In this document: positions 1 through 12,610 of the stretch, in pieces | How the letters are laid out: each line of letters begins with the position of its first letter | Numbering within the stretch: the first letter of the stretch is position 1 | Source of the DNA: Camelus dromedarius | Taxonomy: Eukaryota | Direction: 5' to 3' | Assembly (NCBI RefSeq): GCF_036321535.1 | Contig: NC_087436.1 | Coordinates: 52,268,001 to 52,332,000 of the forward strand | Length of the DNA stretch: 64,000 nucleotides | Made by a program: the position numbers and the translations under genes | Notes under the pieces: generated by a model | The model's database searches: none | What the model was told of the DNA's origin: nothing | Seen by the model: only the letters and a program-made list of their open reading frames with translations

Positions 1-619
1 TAAGACCCTTCCAAAATATTATTGACCAGAAAATCCAGGTTCTTTTGGTGATGCATGATTGTCTCTCGATTAGATGTGACATGCAATATACTTTATATCA
101 TGTCCAGATGTGGAAGCTCTTGATCTTCTGCTTCATATCGACATGCAGTGGTGGAACAGGGACAGTAATTACAGCAGAATTTTCATTCTGAGAGAGGAAG
201 AGCAGGGGACCTACAGAAGTTCCTGGGCTGTAGTAACACAGACCATCCTGAGAATACATTTCAACAGCTGTCTATGCTGAGGACTTAAGACAATTCTGCT
301 TTCTGGAAAGGGTTCCCCAATCCATTTTTTTGTCATCCCTGGCTGTGCCCTCTGAGAGTTTCTTTATTTTACCCTTCTTGACCATATCTATAAGGCCAGC
401 CAGACAAATTGAAAATTTTTATACTCGGTTTTAAATACTTCACTGTCCAGGCAAGTCACATGTCTGCTCCCAAATTCTAGTGGTTGGAGATGTGCAATCT
501 TTTCCTGTGTCTAAAAGATAATTGAAAATAGGAGTGTCAAGTACTCATATTCTACCACAGATGATGTCATCTTTTATTAGAGAGGATTTTTATTGAAATC
601 TACAGCTCACAGGGGTGCA

Positions 620-1070
620 AGCAACCTGGAGTCACTTTAATCTGGTTTCTGAAACTGAGACTTTCTGGGCTATGTAGATGAGACGATTCATAAGGCTGTA
701 GTCTTTTTGGAGGTTGGTTAATTAATTCTAGTTCACCCTTAATCCTCAGATACAACTCTTTGGTTTCCCAAACCAACATAGAGGATGTTTTCCAGGGCTC
801 TTATCTTCGGTGGGTTCTTGACTTCAATTTTTATCTCCTTCACCATTTCAGCTGCTGAAAGCACTTCTCAGCTATCTCTCCAGAATCGACAAATGCAGAA
901 GTAGCCCAGATGTTATGACACATCTCTGGAGTTCATCTTCTACCACATCTTGCTCTGGAAAATTTCCCATATGTTGGTAGTTTCCTAATGCTTTTAAGCC
1001 AATGCTTTTTAATATTTTTTCCCAAATTTTCTAGCTATTCTCAGTCAGAGATTGTTAGAAAACAGAAGTC
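620..1070 (-). mobile_element. Ancient L1-related (L1ME/HAL1-like) 5'-end fragment
   Basis: Motifs such as 'ttctagttcaccctta' and 'tttctagctattctcag...cagaagtc' resemble the recalled reverse-strand 5' end of old L1M/HAL1 elements; highly diverged. Confidence 0.45.
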
Positions 1071-2205
1071 ACTTTGACCAACTCTTTGCTCCCCCGTTTT
1101 TTCTGTTTGATTGATGAGAGTCATTATTTGGATGCCTTGCTGTTAAAATGAGTGAACAGCTTTTAAATTTTTTTTCAAGAATATTAAATGAAGGCTATAA
1201 TGCACACTCTGTTAGAAGCTGGTTGTGATTTCTTAGGCACTATAATCTGAATATAGGTAGCTGTCACCTAGCAGATGGTGATGATCTTTAACATAGTGTA
1301 AGGCCATGACACATCTCTTTTCTTATGTTAAACCACGAGGACCAAGCAGATGTGGACATGGGGTGGGGAGACAGCAGTGAGAAAGCGATGCAAAATGAGA
1401 ATCTCTAAGTAAGGAATAAGTAAAGTTCTCAAGCTAAACCTGGGCTTAGAATTTTGTTAGTCGCAGTGGAGTTAGGGCTTTGAGATCAAAGAACTACCTA
1501 GGAGAAGAATGTCTTCCACCTCTGAGACTGAGGACAGATCTCACTGTCCTTGGGCATCCAAAGCTGCAAAGTGAATTGTCCAAATAAGCTTGGCCCTCTT
1601 AACAACTTCCTCCTTGAAACTGAGTTTTACTATAAATATTCCATAGAAGCTCCTCTCCCCTGCTGCCTCATCTTGCAGATCATGTTGCGTTTCACTGTTT
1701 TCCGTTCTTATTTTCTCCCTCCTCTCTTGAACTTGGTGCCTCATGAGCACGCGTGGCAGGCTGTCTCACACAGCACCGGGGCTTTGGCTCCTGCTGTGCC
1801 ATACCGACCCACTCATTACTACGTCTAGTCCTGGCCCCAGGCACTCAAGTTTGAGATGGATCCCTCTTTCTCTACGCTCATCCCAGAAGGAATATCAAGT
1901 ATAAGTCAGATCTCATCCATCCGAGCCCAAGTGGTGGGTAGACTGGGAACCTAGAAGACAACACTGAGCAACATGGCAGAGTTGGGTGTGAAATTAAAGT
2001 GAAAAAGAGGCTCAGGATATCAGCGGAGGGTAAGAACTTGGTGTCCCACCAAGGACTGCCAGGCTGGGCCTGGGGCCATTGCCCTACTTTCTGTACAGAT
2101 AACTCTACTTCTTTTTTTTTTTTTTTTTTTTTTTTTAAGCCATTCCAGAGGGGGAATGTACAGTTTAAGAAAAATTTAAAGTTACAGAATTGAGAGTCCT
2201 AGCTA

Positions 2206-2398
2206 CAGTGTTGACAGATAAAGTACAGATACCCAGTAAAATTTGAACTTTGGATAAAGAACAAATTTTTTAGTATAAAAATGTCCTATGCAATAGAGGG
2301 ACTATACTTAGAGTAAAAAAAAAAAAAAAAACTTGTTTATCTGCAATTCAAATTAAACTAGGTGTCTTGTATTTTTATTGGCTGCATCCGGCAACTTA
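2206..2398. mobile_element. MER53 palindromic non-autonomous DNA transposon (hAT)
   Basis: Ends CAGTGTTGACAGATA ... TCCGGCAACTTA match the MER53 TIRs (TAGGGTTGCCAGAT). Internal arms such as 'aaaatttgaac' / 'ttcaaattaaa' are mutually inverted. Confidence 0.85.
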
Positions 2399-2663
2399 TC
2401 TAAGTCTTAGGGAAAAGCTGCTGGATTGGATGAACTCAATGGTGTGAATATTTTAGAGGCATTTTTTAAGATGAGAGAGATTATGTGTTGATCAAAAAAT
2501 GGAAAAGATCTCAATTTGGCTGGAGCTCGGTTTGAGCAGGAGAAAGCACAGGAACAAAAAATGTCAGGGTGGGAAGGGGCAAAATCCTACTGTAACTGCA
2601 TCCATACTAAAAATCTGAATGCTGTGATTACTCAAAAATTCACAATGTAAGTGACAAATTATA

Positions 2664-3303
2664 TCCTGGGCATATATCCAGAGGATAAGGCTTTGAACCT
2701 TAATTCAAAAAGATACACGTACCCCAGTGTTCACAGCAGCACTACTTACAATAGCCAAGACATGGAAACAACCTAAATGTCCATTGACAGATGACTGGAT
2801 AAAGAAGTTTTAGTATATTTACACAATGGAATACTACTCAGCCATGGAAAAAATAATAAAATAATGCCATTTGTAGCAACATGGATGGACCTGGAGATTG
2901 TCATTCTAAGTGAAGCAAGCCAGAAAGAGAAAGAAAAATACCATATGAGATCACTCATATGTGGAATCTTAAAAAAAAAGACAAATGAACTTATTTACAA
3001 ATCAGAAACAGACTCACAGACATAGAAAACAAACTTATCATTGCCAGGGTGGAAAGAAGGTGGGAAGGGATAAATTGGGAGTTTGAGATTTGCAGATACT
3101 AACTACTATATATAAAATAGATAAACAACAAGTTCATACTGTATAGCACAGGGAACTGTATTCAATATCTTGTAGTAAGCCTATGGTGAAAAAGAATATG
3201 GAAACGAATATATGTATGTGCCTATGTGACTGAAGCACTGTGCTGTACACCAGAAACTGACACAATGTTGTAAACTGACTATACTTCAATAAAAAAAAAA
3301 AAA
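2664..3303 (+). mobile_element. 5'-truncated L1: ORF2 C-terminus, 3'UTR and poly(A) (cetartiodactyl/camelid type)
   Basis: Translates to an L1 ORF2 tail (..KDTRTPVFTAALLTIAKTWKQPKCP..), followed by a typical 3'UTR, AATAAA at 3288 and an A-tail. Confidence 0.95.
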
Positions 3304-3320
3304 TATATATATATATGTAT

Positions 3321-3354
<34 letters not shown>

Positions 3355-3355
3355 A
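3303..3355. repeat. (TA)n(CA)n compound microsatellite grown from the L1 tail
   Basis: Seen directly. Confidence 0.95.
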
Positions 3356-5088
3356 GAAAAAAAGGCAGGCTAAAAATATTTTGAAAAGTTAAAGGGAGGC
3401 AATTAGTATTCAAGAGCGAACAGAAATGACTGAATAAGTAGGGATTGATCATTTATCAATACAGTCTTTGTTGCTTAAGTGTGATTTAAAATTCTGGATG
3501 TGTGGGTGTTTAAACTGAAATGTTCTCATTGCCATAACAACATGATAATACCTTTATTCTGTCCCTTTTCAGGACATTGTTTAGAATATGACTACATTAT
3601 TTTGAATTATAGTTGCCAGGAATGCCAAGATGCTTCTCACATTTGGTTAATGCAGTACTCACTCATAGAAAACACAAAATTATGATATGGGGCAGCTAAG
3701 TAAATTTGTAATATGGTGAAAGAATGTCATAAACATAAATGGGTATTATTAAAGCACCTCTGGGATATCATTATCTGAAAATTTAAAAGCCAGATAAGGG
3801 AAACATTTCTATAGGTTTGGTAGAAAGTTCCTAAACAATACTTCAGTTTAGAACTGCTCTGCCATTTTTCTACTTCTTGCCAGGTGCCGCCTGGGGCCCA
3901 TGCCTATCTCAGAGCACTTTTTTCATCCAGGCTTGCAGAAGGCCAGTTGTTTTCCAAGTGTTTTTCAAATTTAGTAAAAGAGGACCAAGACCCAACCCCC
4001 TTCCCAATTTCCCCAGTGTTCTGTGCAAATAACCCAACTGTGAGTGTGTGTGTGTGTGTTATGAACAAGTTTATAAGAAGAACACAGGAAAATGAGTTGC
4101 CATTAAGCGTTAGCAACCGCAAGATCTGTCTCCCCTTGTGTTTTAACTGCTTTAAGATGAAAGATTGACAGTAAATGTAGATTTCTAATAGTTCTGCTTC
4201 ACTCCAAACCTCTTCCCTTCAAACCCCAGGACCACCAGTCTACCCTGTGGGAAGAAGATGGGGTGAATAGAAGTTAAAAATAGAGGAATAGAGTTAAAAA
4301 TAATGTATTTGTCTTTTAATAACTAAAATGAGACTTTCTAGAATAGAAGAGATTTTGAGTAAACTAAGATGTCAATCAGGAAGCTGGAGAGCCAGTAGGA
4401 AGCAAGGTACCTTTGAACATGGAAAGCACCAATAATTGGATCAAAAGAATGCCTTTCATGTTTATGCCCCAACAGTTTGAGATTCCAAAGTAAATCAGTC
4501 ATGTATTTTGCAAATTTTGTTCAAAATTATTTTGGATACTCACACTATACACATCCTTTCAAATACTTAAATAATATGAATCAAAACAAACAGCTGGCCT
4601 ATGAGTATCCGGGTTTAACTTCATGCTTCTCCCCTTGCTCTCATCCCTAAACAAACTTACGTACAAAATAATAAATTCAGGCTTGCTCCTAACTTCTATG
4701 CAATCTTACATAACAAATTTTGTCTCTTATTTTGAGGGCATGGTTTCAGGACCTGATAATTTTGTACCTTGCTAAGATGGCTGTCACACAATGAGGCTAC
4801 AGAAAAAAAGATTTTCACATATTTGGAAGGGAGATCAGAAAATGTCTTATTCATGAACCATCCTTGAAAATGTATTTGAAAAACTGATCCAATATTCCAA
4901 GCCATACATTAATATTAAAAGGTCAGGCGTGGTGAAGTCATAAAGAGACTACTGATGAGTGAAAATGCAATTGAACACAAGGTTAAATTCTAAATAGTTA
5001 TAATAAATTTAAATATTTTTAATATAAAGGAAATACATGTAGAAAATTAAACACTTATTATCTGTGGGTAGGGTTTTAAACCCTGAAT

Positions 5089-5308
5089 CAGTGTTTCTCA
5101 AATTATGTTCTGGAGGAAACTAGTCTCATGAGATGTTTTGCGAGGAAGGCTTCAGTGGACAAGAATGTTTAGAGGAGATATCTGCTCTATCCCCTCTCCG
5201 ATATTCAGACTGCGTATTAAATGCTTCAGAAAGTTCACATCAAAGCAACAGGTTCAAATTTGTATATTGAGTGTTCTCCACATTTATTTGACCTTAGAAA
5301 ACTTTCTT
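5089..5308. mobile_element. hAT-Charlie relic (MER112/MER113-like)
   Basis: Starts CAGTGTTTCTCAAA (Charlie-type TIR). Internal 'aaactagt' and 'ttatttgacc' motifs match the recalled consensus. Confidence 0.6.
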
Positions 5309-6450
5309 GAAAAGCAGTTAACTTGTTAGGAAATCTTATCTGAAATGAAACATTTTATCAAAGAACAGAAAGATTACACTAGAGAAGAATAATTGTGCTT
5401 AATTATTCATCTTATTTGGGGATGATCAAAAGTTTTCATTCAGTTCTCAACGTTGATATTTAAGAAAGTATATGTGTGAAATAGGCAAACTTTGCATACC
5501 CTTCATCAATAATGGGGGGTACTAATGCTTTTATACATTCATTCATTCATTTTTAGCTAATATCCTGACTTCCACAAGTCCTACTAGTGGGAATTTCATT
5601 AATTCTCCTTTCGGGTCTCCCCATCCCAATTTGTTCAAGAACCTGTCATTTGCTCACAGTATTAAAGTGAGTCAGGGTGGGAGATCTGGCTCACTTGCAT
5701 ACACAGGAAACAAACTGGGAGTTGCCATCTAGTAATCTCACTGCTGCATTATTGCCACATCCTGGGCAGATGAGACTTGACAGATGATATAATTTGTCTA
5801 CCGGCTCTGGCGTGTCCTTTCTTGTTCACATCCCTCCACGTAGACAGTGAGGTTTCTAGGTTTCACGCTCTACTATTGTCTCCCAAGTTGCAATCACTGA
5901 CAGGGAAACTGTAAAGCTTTCAGTGTGAATACACTGAACCATAGACCATGAGCCTAGTCTGACTTTGGTCAAGGTAATTTTACCGCAGGTAGTTCTGGCC
6001 ACCTTAGTGCAAATTGATTGGTATCCCTGATTTTAAACTTTGGACAGCAGGAATTGGGGGACTTTTAGTCTCCTAGAAGGCCCGCAGCTTCTTATGCAAA
6101 TTGGTCACTCTCTCCCTAGAACTGCTTACCATGGAGTATTTAGCACATGACTTGGTCAATCAAAAAGTCTTGTGTCTTTACTCCAGATCAGGGAGCCGAC
6201 TTGCCTCATATTATTTATGTAACCAAAGGAGACTACTCATGCTATTCTTCACTATGTTTCAAATGGATTTTTTGTCCTAAACTTTTACTAAAAAGCAGCT
6301 CACATCTTTGCCTGAAGAACAATTTTAATGATTATAGGGAAATGCTTACAGTTTCCTATGCTAGCAGAATTGTGTGTATGCAATAAACACAAATACATGT
6401 AATAAAAATAAATAGTGCAAGTGTATGCTTGTGTGTGTGTGATGTAAATA

Positions 6451-7253
6451 TGAGGGGTTGAGTTATTATCTTACTGAAGAGCTCAGGGGCAGGCAAGCCA
6501 AAGGTTGTTGCACTCACGCAAAATGCTATCAAGGTTCCAGGCACTCTTCATTCGTCTACCATCCTTAGCAGATGAAAGGTCTGACATCGTTGCATCACAT
6601 GCTCGTGTAAAGGTGTTTCAAGGTGAGAAGAGAAAGGGGAAGCCTATGGTGAGAAAGGTCCTTTTCCTATCCTTCTTTATATTGAGGGGGAATCGTTCCT
6701 AGAAATTCCTAGGAATGCTTTTCTACATGAGGGCACACATCCTTTAGGCTCCATTGATCAGAAATGTTTACATGGATATCTCCTGTGTCCCATCACCACT
6801 CCAGAGAACTACATCGCATTGCTACCCCAGAACTGTGTCACATAGCCATCCCATACCTGTGTCATGAGACCACCCCAGGACTGTTTCTACTGCCACTCCA
6901 GAATAGTGTCACATCGCCACCCAGGAACATATTGCACCCACCAGGGACCTGTGTCACATAGCTACCCAAGCACTGTATCATCCAGCTATCCCAGAACTGT
7001 GTCACCTCACCACTCAAGAACTTTGTCACATGGCCACTCCAGATGGGTTACATCATCACATTGGCACTACAAGTCTCTGTCACTTGGCCACCTTAAAGCT
7101 ATGTCACATGACTACGTTTAGCAGCAAGAAAGCTGGGGAGGCTGGTGACTGACACTTTAGGCTCTTTTGGGAGGAAAACTATCCTGGCAAAGGAGGATGG
7201 AGGCAAAAATGGGCAACTATTGGGTAGGCCACCGATCCAACTTTGTGTGCCAC
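6451..7253 (-). mobile_element. MLT1 (MaLR) LTR, interrupted by an internal minisatellite
   Basis: MLT1 motifs 'ccatccttagc', 'ccattgatcagaa', 'gtcacatgactac..tagcagcaag' and 'tattgggtaggcca'; the end 'tgtgccac' is the reverse complement of the TGTGGCA start. Confidence 0.7.
6783..7115. repeat. Degenerate 24-bp tandem repeat, ~14 copies, consensus ~CTGTGTCACATAGCCACCCCAGAA
   Basis: Units read directly, e.g. ctgtgtcacatagccatcccatac / ctgtgtcatgagaccaccccagga / ctgtgtcacctcaccactcaagaa / ctttgtcacatggccactccagat. Confidence 0.9.
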
Positions 7254-7260
7254 TAAACTC

Positions 7261-7298
7261 TGTGTGCGTGTGTGTGTGTGCGCGCGTGCATGTGTGTG
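7261..7298. repeat. (TG)n/(CG)n alternating purine-pyrimidine tract
   Basis: Seen directly. Confidence 0.9.
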
Positions 7299-10200
7299 AT
7301 GTTAAGAGCAAGAGGTAAAGAGAGACTGAGTTACCTTGAGATTCAGGAAACGTATCATGTCACAGGTTGGGTTGAATTATGGAATATGCAAAGGCTAAAT
7401 CACTATTATGAGGAAAGAATGAATTTGCTGAACTAGATGTGAAAGGCCATTAATGGGGGAAGGCAGCGAGCTGGTGCCCGTGAGCTGTGATTTCCACATC
7501 CCAGTCCCTGTGCTCAGGTGGACTTCTAGTACCTTCAGGAGAGCTCCTTGAGCTTGCTTCCACCCTAGTGTAGATTCTAGGAGTTGATTCCAGGGTCTAC
7601 AGTTCTTTCCATGAGGATAGCATCAAGATCCCCTCAGTTTACCCAGTAGGAAGCACATCAAATGGCAGAGGTGTGCTACCCCAGGCCCACGGCCCCCTTG
7701 CTAATGCACAAGGACACAGATTCTTCCTCTTCATTTTTTTTCCCCTCTGGGGTGAGGGCTAGAACTTTAGCACAGAAATCAAAGAAGGCTATCCAGATCA
7801 TACACCATCCTCCCAGTGGGGAGGGAGCTGAGAAACCCACTTTGTTATCAGGGCAACATTTCTCTGGAAACTCCAAGGCGGCACTCAGAATGTGGCATCC
7901 TGCTGGACTGGGGCTGGCCTGACACCAGTGATCACCTTCCTGAAGAGATTTTAATTGAAATCACTAATCATATTCATTTCTTGGGATGCTTCCTAAATCT
8001 GACCTGACTGATACTTTGACAAATTAACTTTAAAAAATTTTTTAGTTCTTCACCTTATTTCCCTCTTTACTGAGTTTTTCATATTTACACAAAACCTTAG
8101 AGGGGTTATTTGCTACTGTAATTGTCTAACAATTGTGGGAAAAACCCACTTTCAGTTAGCAATATAAAAATGTAGACACATGTTCAAAAGGCTGCTAAGA
8201 GGGAATATGGTTTCTCCCTATTGTGTTGACTAATTGGGGTCCCTTCCTGAGGTCTCAGAGCTCCCCTGCTGTGGATGGTGGTGGCGGGGCAGTGTTAAAG
8301 GAGGAGAGGAGGCTAACGTGTTGCCTGCAGCCTCCTCCCAAGATCCAGGGCTTTTGCAAGCCAGCTGAGCACAGCGTTGGAGAAAATTACAGAGCAATGT
8401 TCCTGTGAGAAGCAGGAACCAGCCCTCCCTCCCACAGCCTAATTCCAGGCTACAGCGCCCACCGTGTTCCCCTTCTTTTCTCATCAATGACAAACTGACT
8501 CTCAAAAGTGTCACTAATAAGCCGGTTCCCAATTATCTGTGGAGGTTTTTCAGGGCTCTTGGCAATGTTCCTGTAGCTTCTGGAGGCTGCTGCTGCCTAC
8601 AAATGGGGTATCATTTCTGCTTTGCACGATTCAAAGGCGAGAGCTGCTGGGAAGGCAAGGCTCTGGTTTCATTACTCCTTGCTAGCAGGAGAACAAGAAT
8701 GCGTTGTTTCTAAAGCTCAAATATGCCATTTGAGGAAAAAATATGTAAGTCCTCCTGCCTGAGCCAGTTCTCCATTACTTATTTGTGCCTGTGCGTATCC
8801 ATCCAGCGGCCCGCGATGTTCTCCCAGGTGAGTCCTCAGAAACTCCTGCACAGCATTTAGAGACTGCAGGCCGTAATAAAGGAAGCCGAGCTGCGGGTTT
8901 GGACTGAGACTCTAAGTAAGGCAGCAATAGCGTCTGCCCATTAGCCATTGATGAAACAGGGACGGTAGGTCCACCCTTGCAGTCTCTTTGTGTTTGACTT
9001 GAGCTCCAACTGGGAAAGTCAGCTCCATTTGCGTATTTTAACAAGCGCTGTTGCCGGCAACCCCAGTCTTCCTCCACCAGCCACTTTGCTGGTAGAAAGT
9101 GAATCGCTGCCTCGCATCTGGTTTAGCACCTGCTTAGGACAAATGGGAAGAACAGCTTCTCATTACCCTTGGAAGGTATCAGTGCAGTGCTGCTCTGGCA
9201 TCTATGGCCTTTCAATAAAGAACTGAATCTTGTTTGTCCTCAAAGAATAGCTCAAGTATCTCAGTCCTCCCCCAGGGGTCGTCGTGGGTCCTTCTGTATG
9301 CGCCCACATCTCAGGCGCGTAGAGGTTGTATGCAGCAAATGTTACTTCCACTTCGCAGATGATTTAAGTTTATGTGCCCAGTCACCGGTAGAACGTAGTT
9401 TACCCCCAAGTCTAGTTAGCTCTAAATCCCGTGCTCCTGTTGCTGTATCGCCCGTCGTAAACCAGGGATTGAGCCTCCAGAGACCTTGAATTGGGTAGGT
9501 AGCGAGGGAAAAAGAGGAAAAAAAGAGGAGAGAGTTCATCCACCAGTTAAGACCCCTGGCACTTTGCACACCAACTTTTGGCGATGGTGCACTGAAACTG
9601 TAAAGGTGGAGTGCTTTTTATAATATTCCTAGTCTGTTTCGAGTGACATGAGAAATAAAGTTTAGAAATGGAAACACATGATTCCTTAGCAAGGGGCCAT
9701 TTCCATGTTCCTTGTCACTTACTGAACACTCAGCATGAGCCAACATTGAGCTAAGGACCTTTAATGCAGTGTCATAACAAGTGCTTAGTAAATACACATT
9801 CATGCTGCTGCCTTTGCCCGTGGTCGCGCACACCTGAATGGCAGAGATGGACACCAACACCTGTGTGTGGGGCTTTTCTTAAAAATAACAGTAGGCACAC
9901 TTCCATTATTTAAGTATTTGGGTGAAGTCTACCATATTCAGAGTGAAGTTTCCAAGAGGGTCACGGCCCTTTGTTTGATTCCCTTCTGAATCCTCAAGGG
10001 CTCAAAATCTCCCTGAAGCAGCATGGACCGTGGATGAATGTTTGTGATGTTCTGCCTGACTTACCCATTACGTGGTACTAATATACACACATGGTGGGGT
10101 GTGTGTATGTTTTGACAGATTCCAGAGGCAGCATTGTCCCGTTTGACCGGGAGTAACCTCAGGAAAAGAGCTGTGTCACACGAGGGTGGAGGGGGCTCTT

Positions 10201-11522
10201 CTTCCTTGTCTGCTTGCTGGGTGATTTATCCTCCACTAGCTTCATCTTGGGAACAAGGAACAGAATCTAATCTACCTTTTAAAATATGAATAGTTTTGCC
10301 TTGTTCACTTGCTTCTTGCAGATAATGGAGAGTGAAATCAATTATGGGACAAGAAAAAGTTTGAAAGTATGGTTTTCCCTTTTCTTGGAAGCTTACAAAC
10401 TATGCCTCAATTGTCTCTTTAAGAAGTGCTACCTTAAGCCTACTTTCTTCTTCCTACAAAGCAGCATGTTATAGAAATACAGAATAAGTTAGCAAGTAAG
10501 GGAAAGAAAGGAAAGTAGACTTTTCACTCTGATTGTCTCAATCTGTACTCCCTTCATCCTTCCATCTCACTTTGTCATTTACAGAATTGAAAGAGAGAAG
10601 AGAAAAAAAAGAAACGTTACCATTTACTAGCTCAAAATTGACGATCCAAATTTTTCAGACTAGGCACTGTGGCCTCCAACAGATTAGGATCTAGTAGAGG
10701 GTGTTGGATCCAGACACAATATTTCTGGTGCTAGCCTGAAGCTGGAACAATTGAAGTGTTCCAAAGATGATGATAATGATGATGCTAGTGATGGTGGTGG
10801 TGGTGATGACGGAGAGAGAGAGAAAATTTCCACTTGCAGAGATGGGGCCATTTTTCAGGGAGAAAATGATATTTGGACCAGAGCTTTAAGGATTGGTAGA
10901 ATTTTTGCAGCATTTCTGTTGAGGGACAGAAATATTTCAAAGAAGAAAAAAACCTCATTTGCTGAGCCTAGGAAATTTAAAGGAATTAGTGTTGTTAAAG
11001 AGTAAGAATTGAGTGAATCGATCTACATCGGGGTTTTTGATTCCAGGCTGACAAGTTTTTTGGCCCTGTAAATCCTCAAAAATCTTTTACATTGATGCAC
11101 CTAATGGGGAAGGTGAGTAGGGTGGCTTGGAGGAGGGGGAAGCAGAAGTTTAGGAGATGAGGTGTCAGGTTCATCTTTTAGTTATTTCCCTGTTAGAGAC
11201 ACATCAGTAGTTCTGAAGGAAAGTGGGCTGATGTGGGAAAGATTTTAAAGATTGAGAATGTTTAATGCATGCTGAGGGGAGTGAAGAGCAGACAAGGTAA
11301 CTGGAGCACAGGTTCTAAGAAGCTTGTCTCCTCACCTTGAATATAAGGTTTTATTAGTTTCTTCTGCTGCTGCTCCCCACTAGGTGTGGGATGAGTCGGG
11401 GTGGTGGGACTGGGAATGCATCACTGTGGCCACTGCATTGTTCTGGGCTGGGCCAGGGAGAGTAGAGTTGTGGGAGATAAGCTAGGATAAGGGAGGACAG
11501 CTGGTATCAAAAGAATTCCCTC

Positions 11523-12124
11523 TCGAAGCCTAATTTGAAAAGATGCATGCACCCCAGTGTTCATAGCAGCACTATTTACAATAGCCAAGACATGGAGACA
11601 CCCTAAATGTCCATGAGCAGATGACTGGGTAAAGAAGTTGTGATATATTTATACAATGGAATACTACTTGGCCATAAAAAAGAATAAAATAATGCCATTT
11701 GCAGCAACATGGATGGACCTGGAGATCATCATTATAAGTAAGGTAAGCCAGAAAGAGAAAGAAAAATACCATATGATATTACTTATATGTAGAATCTAAA
11801 AAAAAGACACAAATGAACTTATTTATAAAACATAGACAGACTCACCAACATAGAAAACAAATTTATGGTTACTGGCAGAGGGGAGAGGGTAGGAAGGGAT
11901 AAACTGGGAGTTTGAGATTTGCAGACACTAACTACTGTATATAAAATAGATAAACAACATGTTTATTCCATATAGCACAGGAAACTGTATTCAATATCTT
12001 GTAATACCCTATAATGAAAAAGAATCTGAAAACTAATATTTGTATGTATATGTATGACTGAAACACTATGCTGTACACAGAAATTGACACAACATTGTAA
12101 ACTGATCATACTTCAATAAAACAA
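11523..12124 (+). mobile_element. 5'-truncated L1 3' end with a 14-bp TSD
   Basis: Same family as 2664-3303. TSD AAAAGAATTCCCTC at 11509-11522 and 12125-12138; AATAAA and an A-rich tail. Confidence 0.95.
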
Positions 12125-12610
12125 AAAAGAATTCCCTCCCACATGAGAACGTCAAAACAGCAAAAGCCCACTATGTTCCAGTCCAAAAATTGAGTATGTG
12201 TCAATAATAAAACAAAACAAATATGGCCTGTAATTATGGTAACATTACTCATTTGGGATTGAAATTCTTATTACTCCTTTTTTATTTTTAAGCTTCTTAT
12301 CAGAGAATTAACGAAACATTGATAATTAAACTAGTTAATTATCTCTCTTCTCAATTAGCCAGGCATATATCATGCTTTGATCTCCAATTGATTGTTTTTC
12401 GCCTCTCTGTTTTTCATTTTGTTGTCATAATGAACATTATGTCAGATGCATAATTATATTAGACTGAGTTATTGAGGGAAATTGCCAGATCTCCTTCACA
12501 CAAGTAATTTCAACATTGATAAGATTATCATGTTTTCATTTGGAATGTAGGTGGCGCACTGGACGACCATAATATTTGCTTGCAGTTTATTGGGGAAGTC
12601 AAAATTTCCT

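Noticed and set aside
2773..3352. Minus-strand ORFs 2773..2958 and 3134..3352 (also 11572..11772)
   Set aside because: Antisense translations of L1 3' ends and microsatellite.
6783..7115. CRISPR-like array or repetitive His/Cys-rich protein
   Set aside because: Units are head-to-tail with no unique spacers, there are no cas genes and the context is mammalian. The ORFs are short by-products of a 24-nt period broken by indels.
8816..8827. MFSQ as the start of STARD13
   Set aside because: Only four residues match, the following STARD13 sequence is absent and no other exons are visible.
10766..10810. Acidic/Gly-rich ORF 10751..11005
   Set aside because: Produced by a (GAT/GGT)n low-complexity tract.
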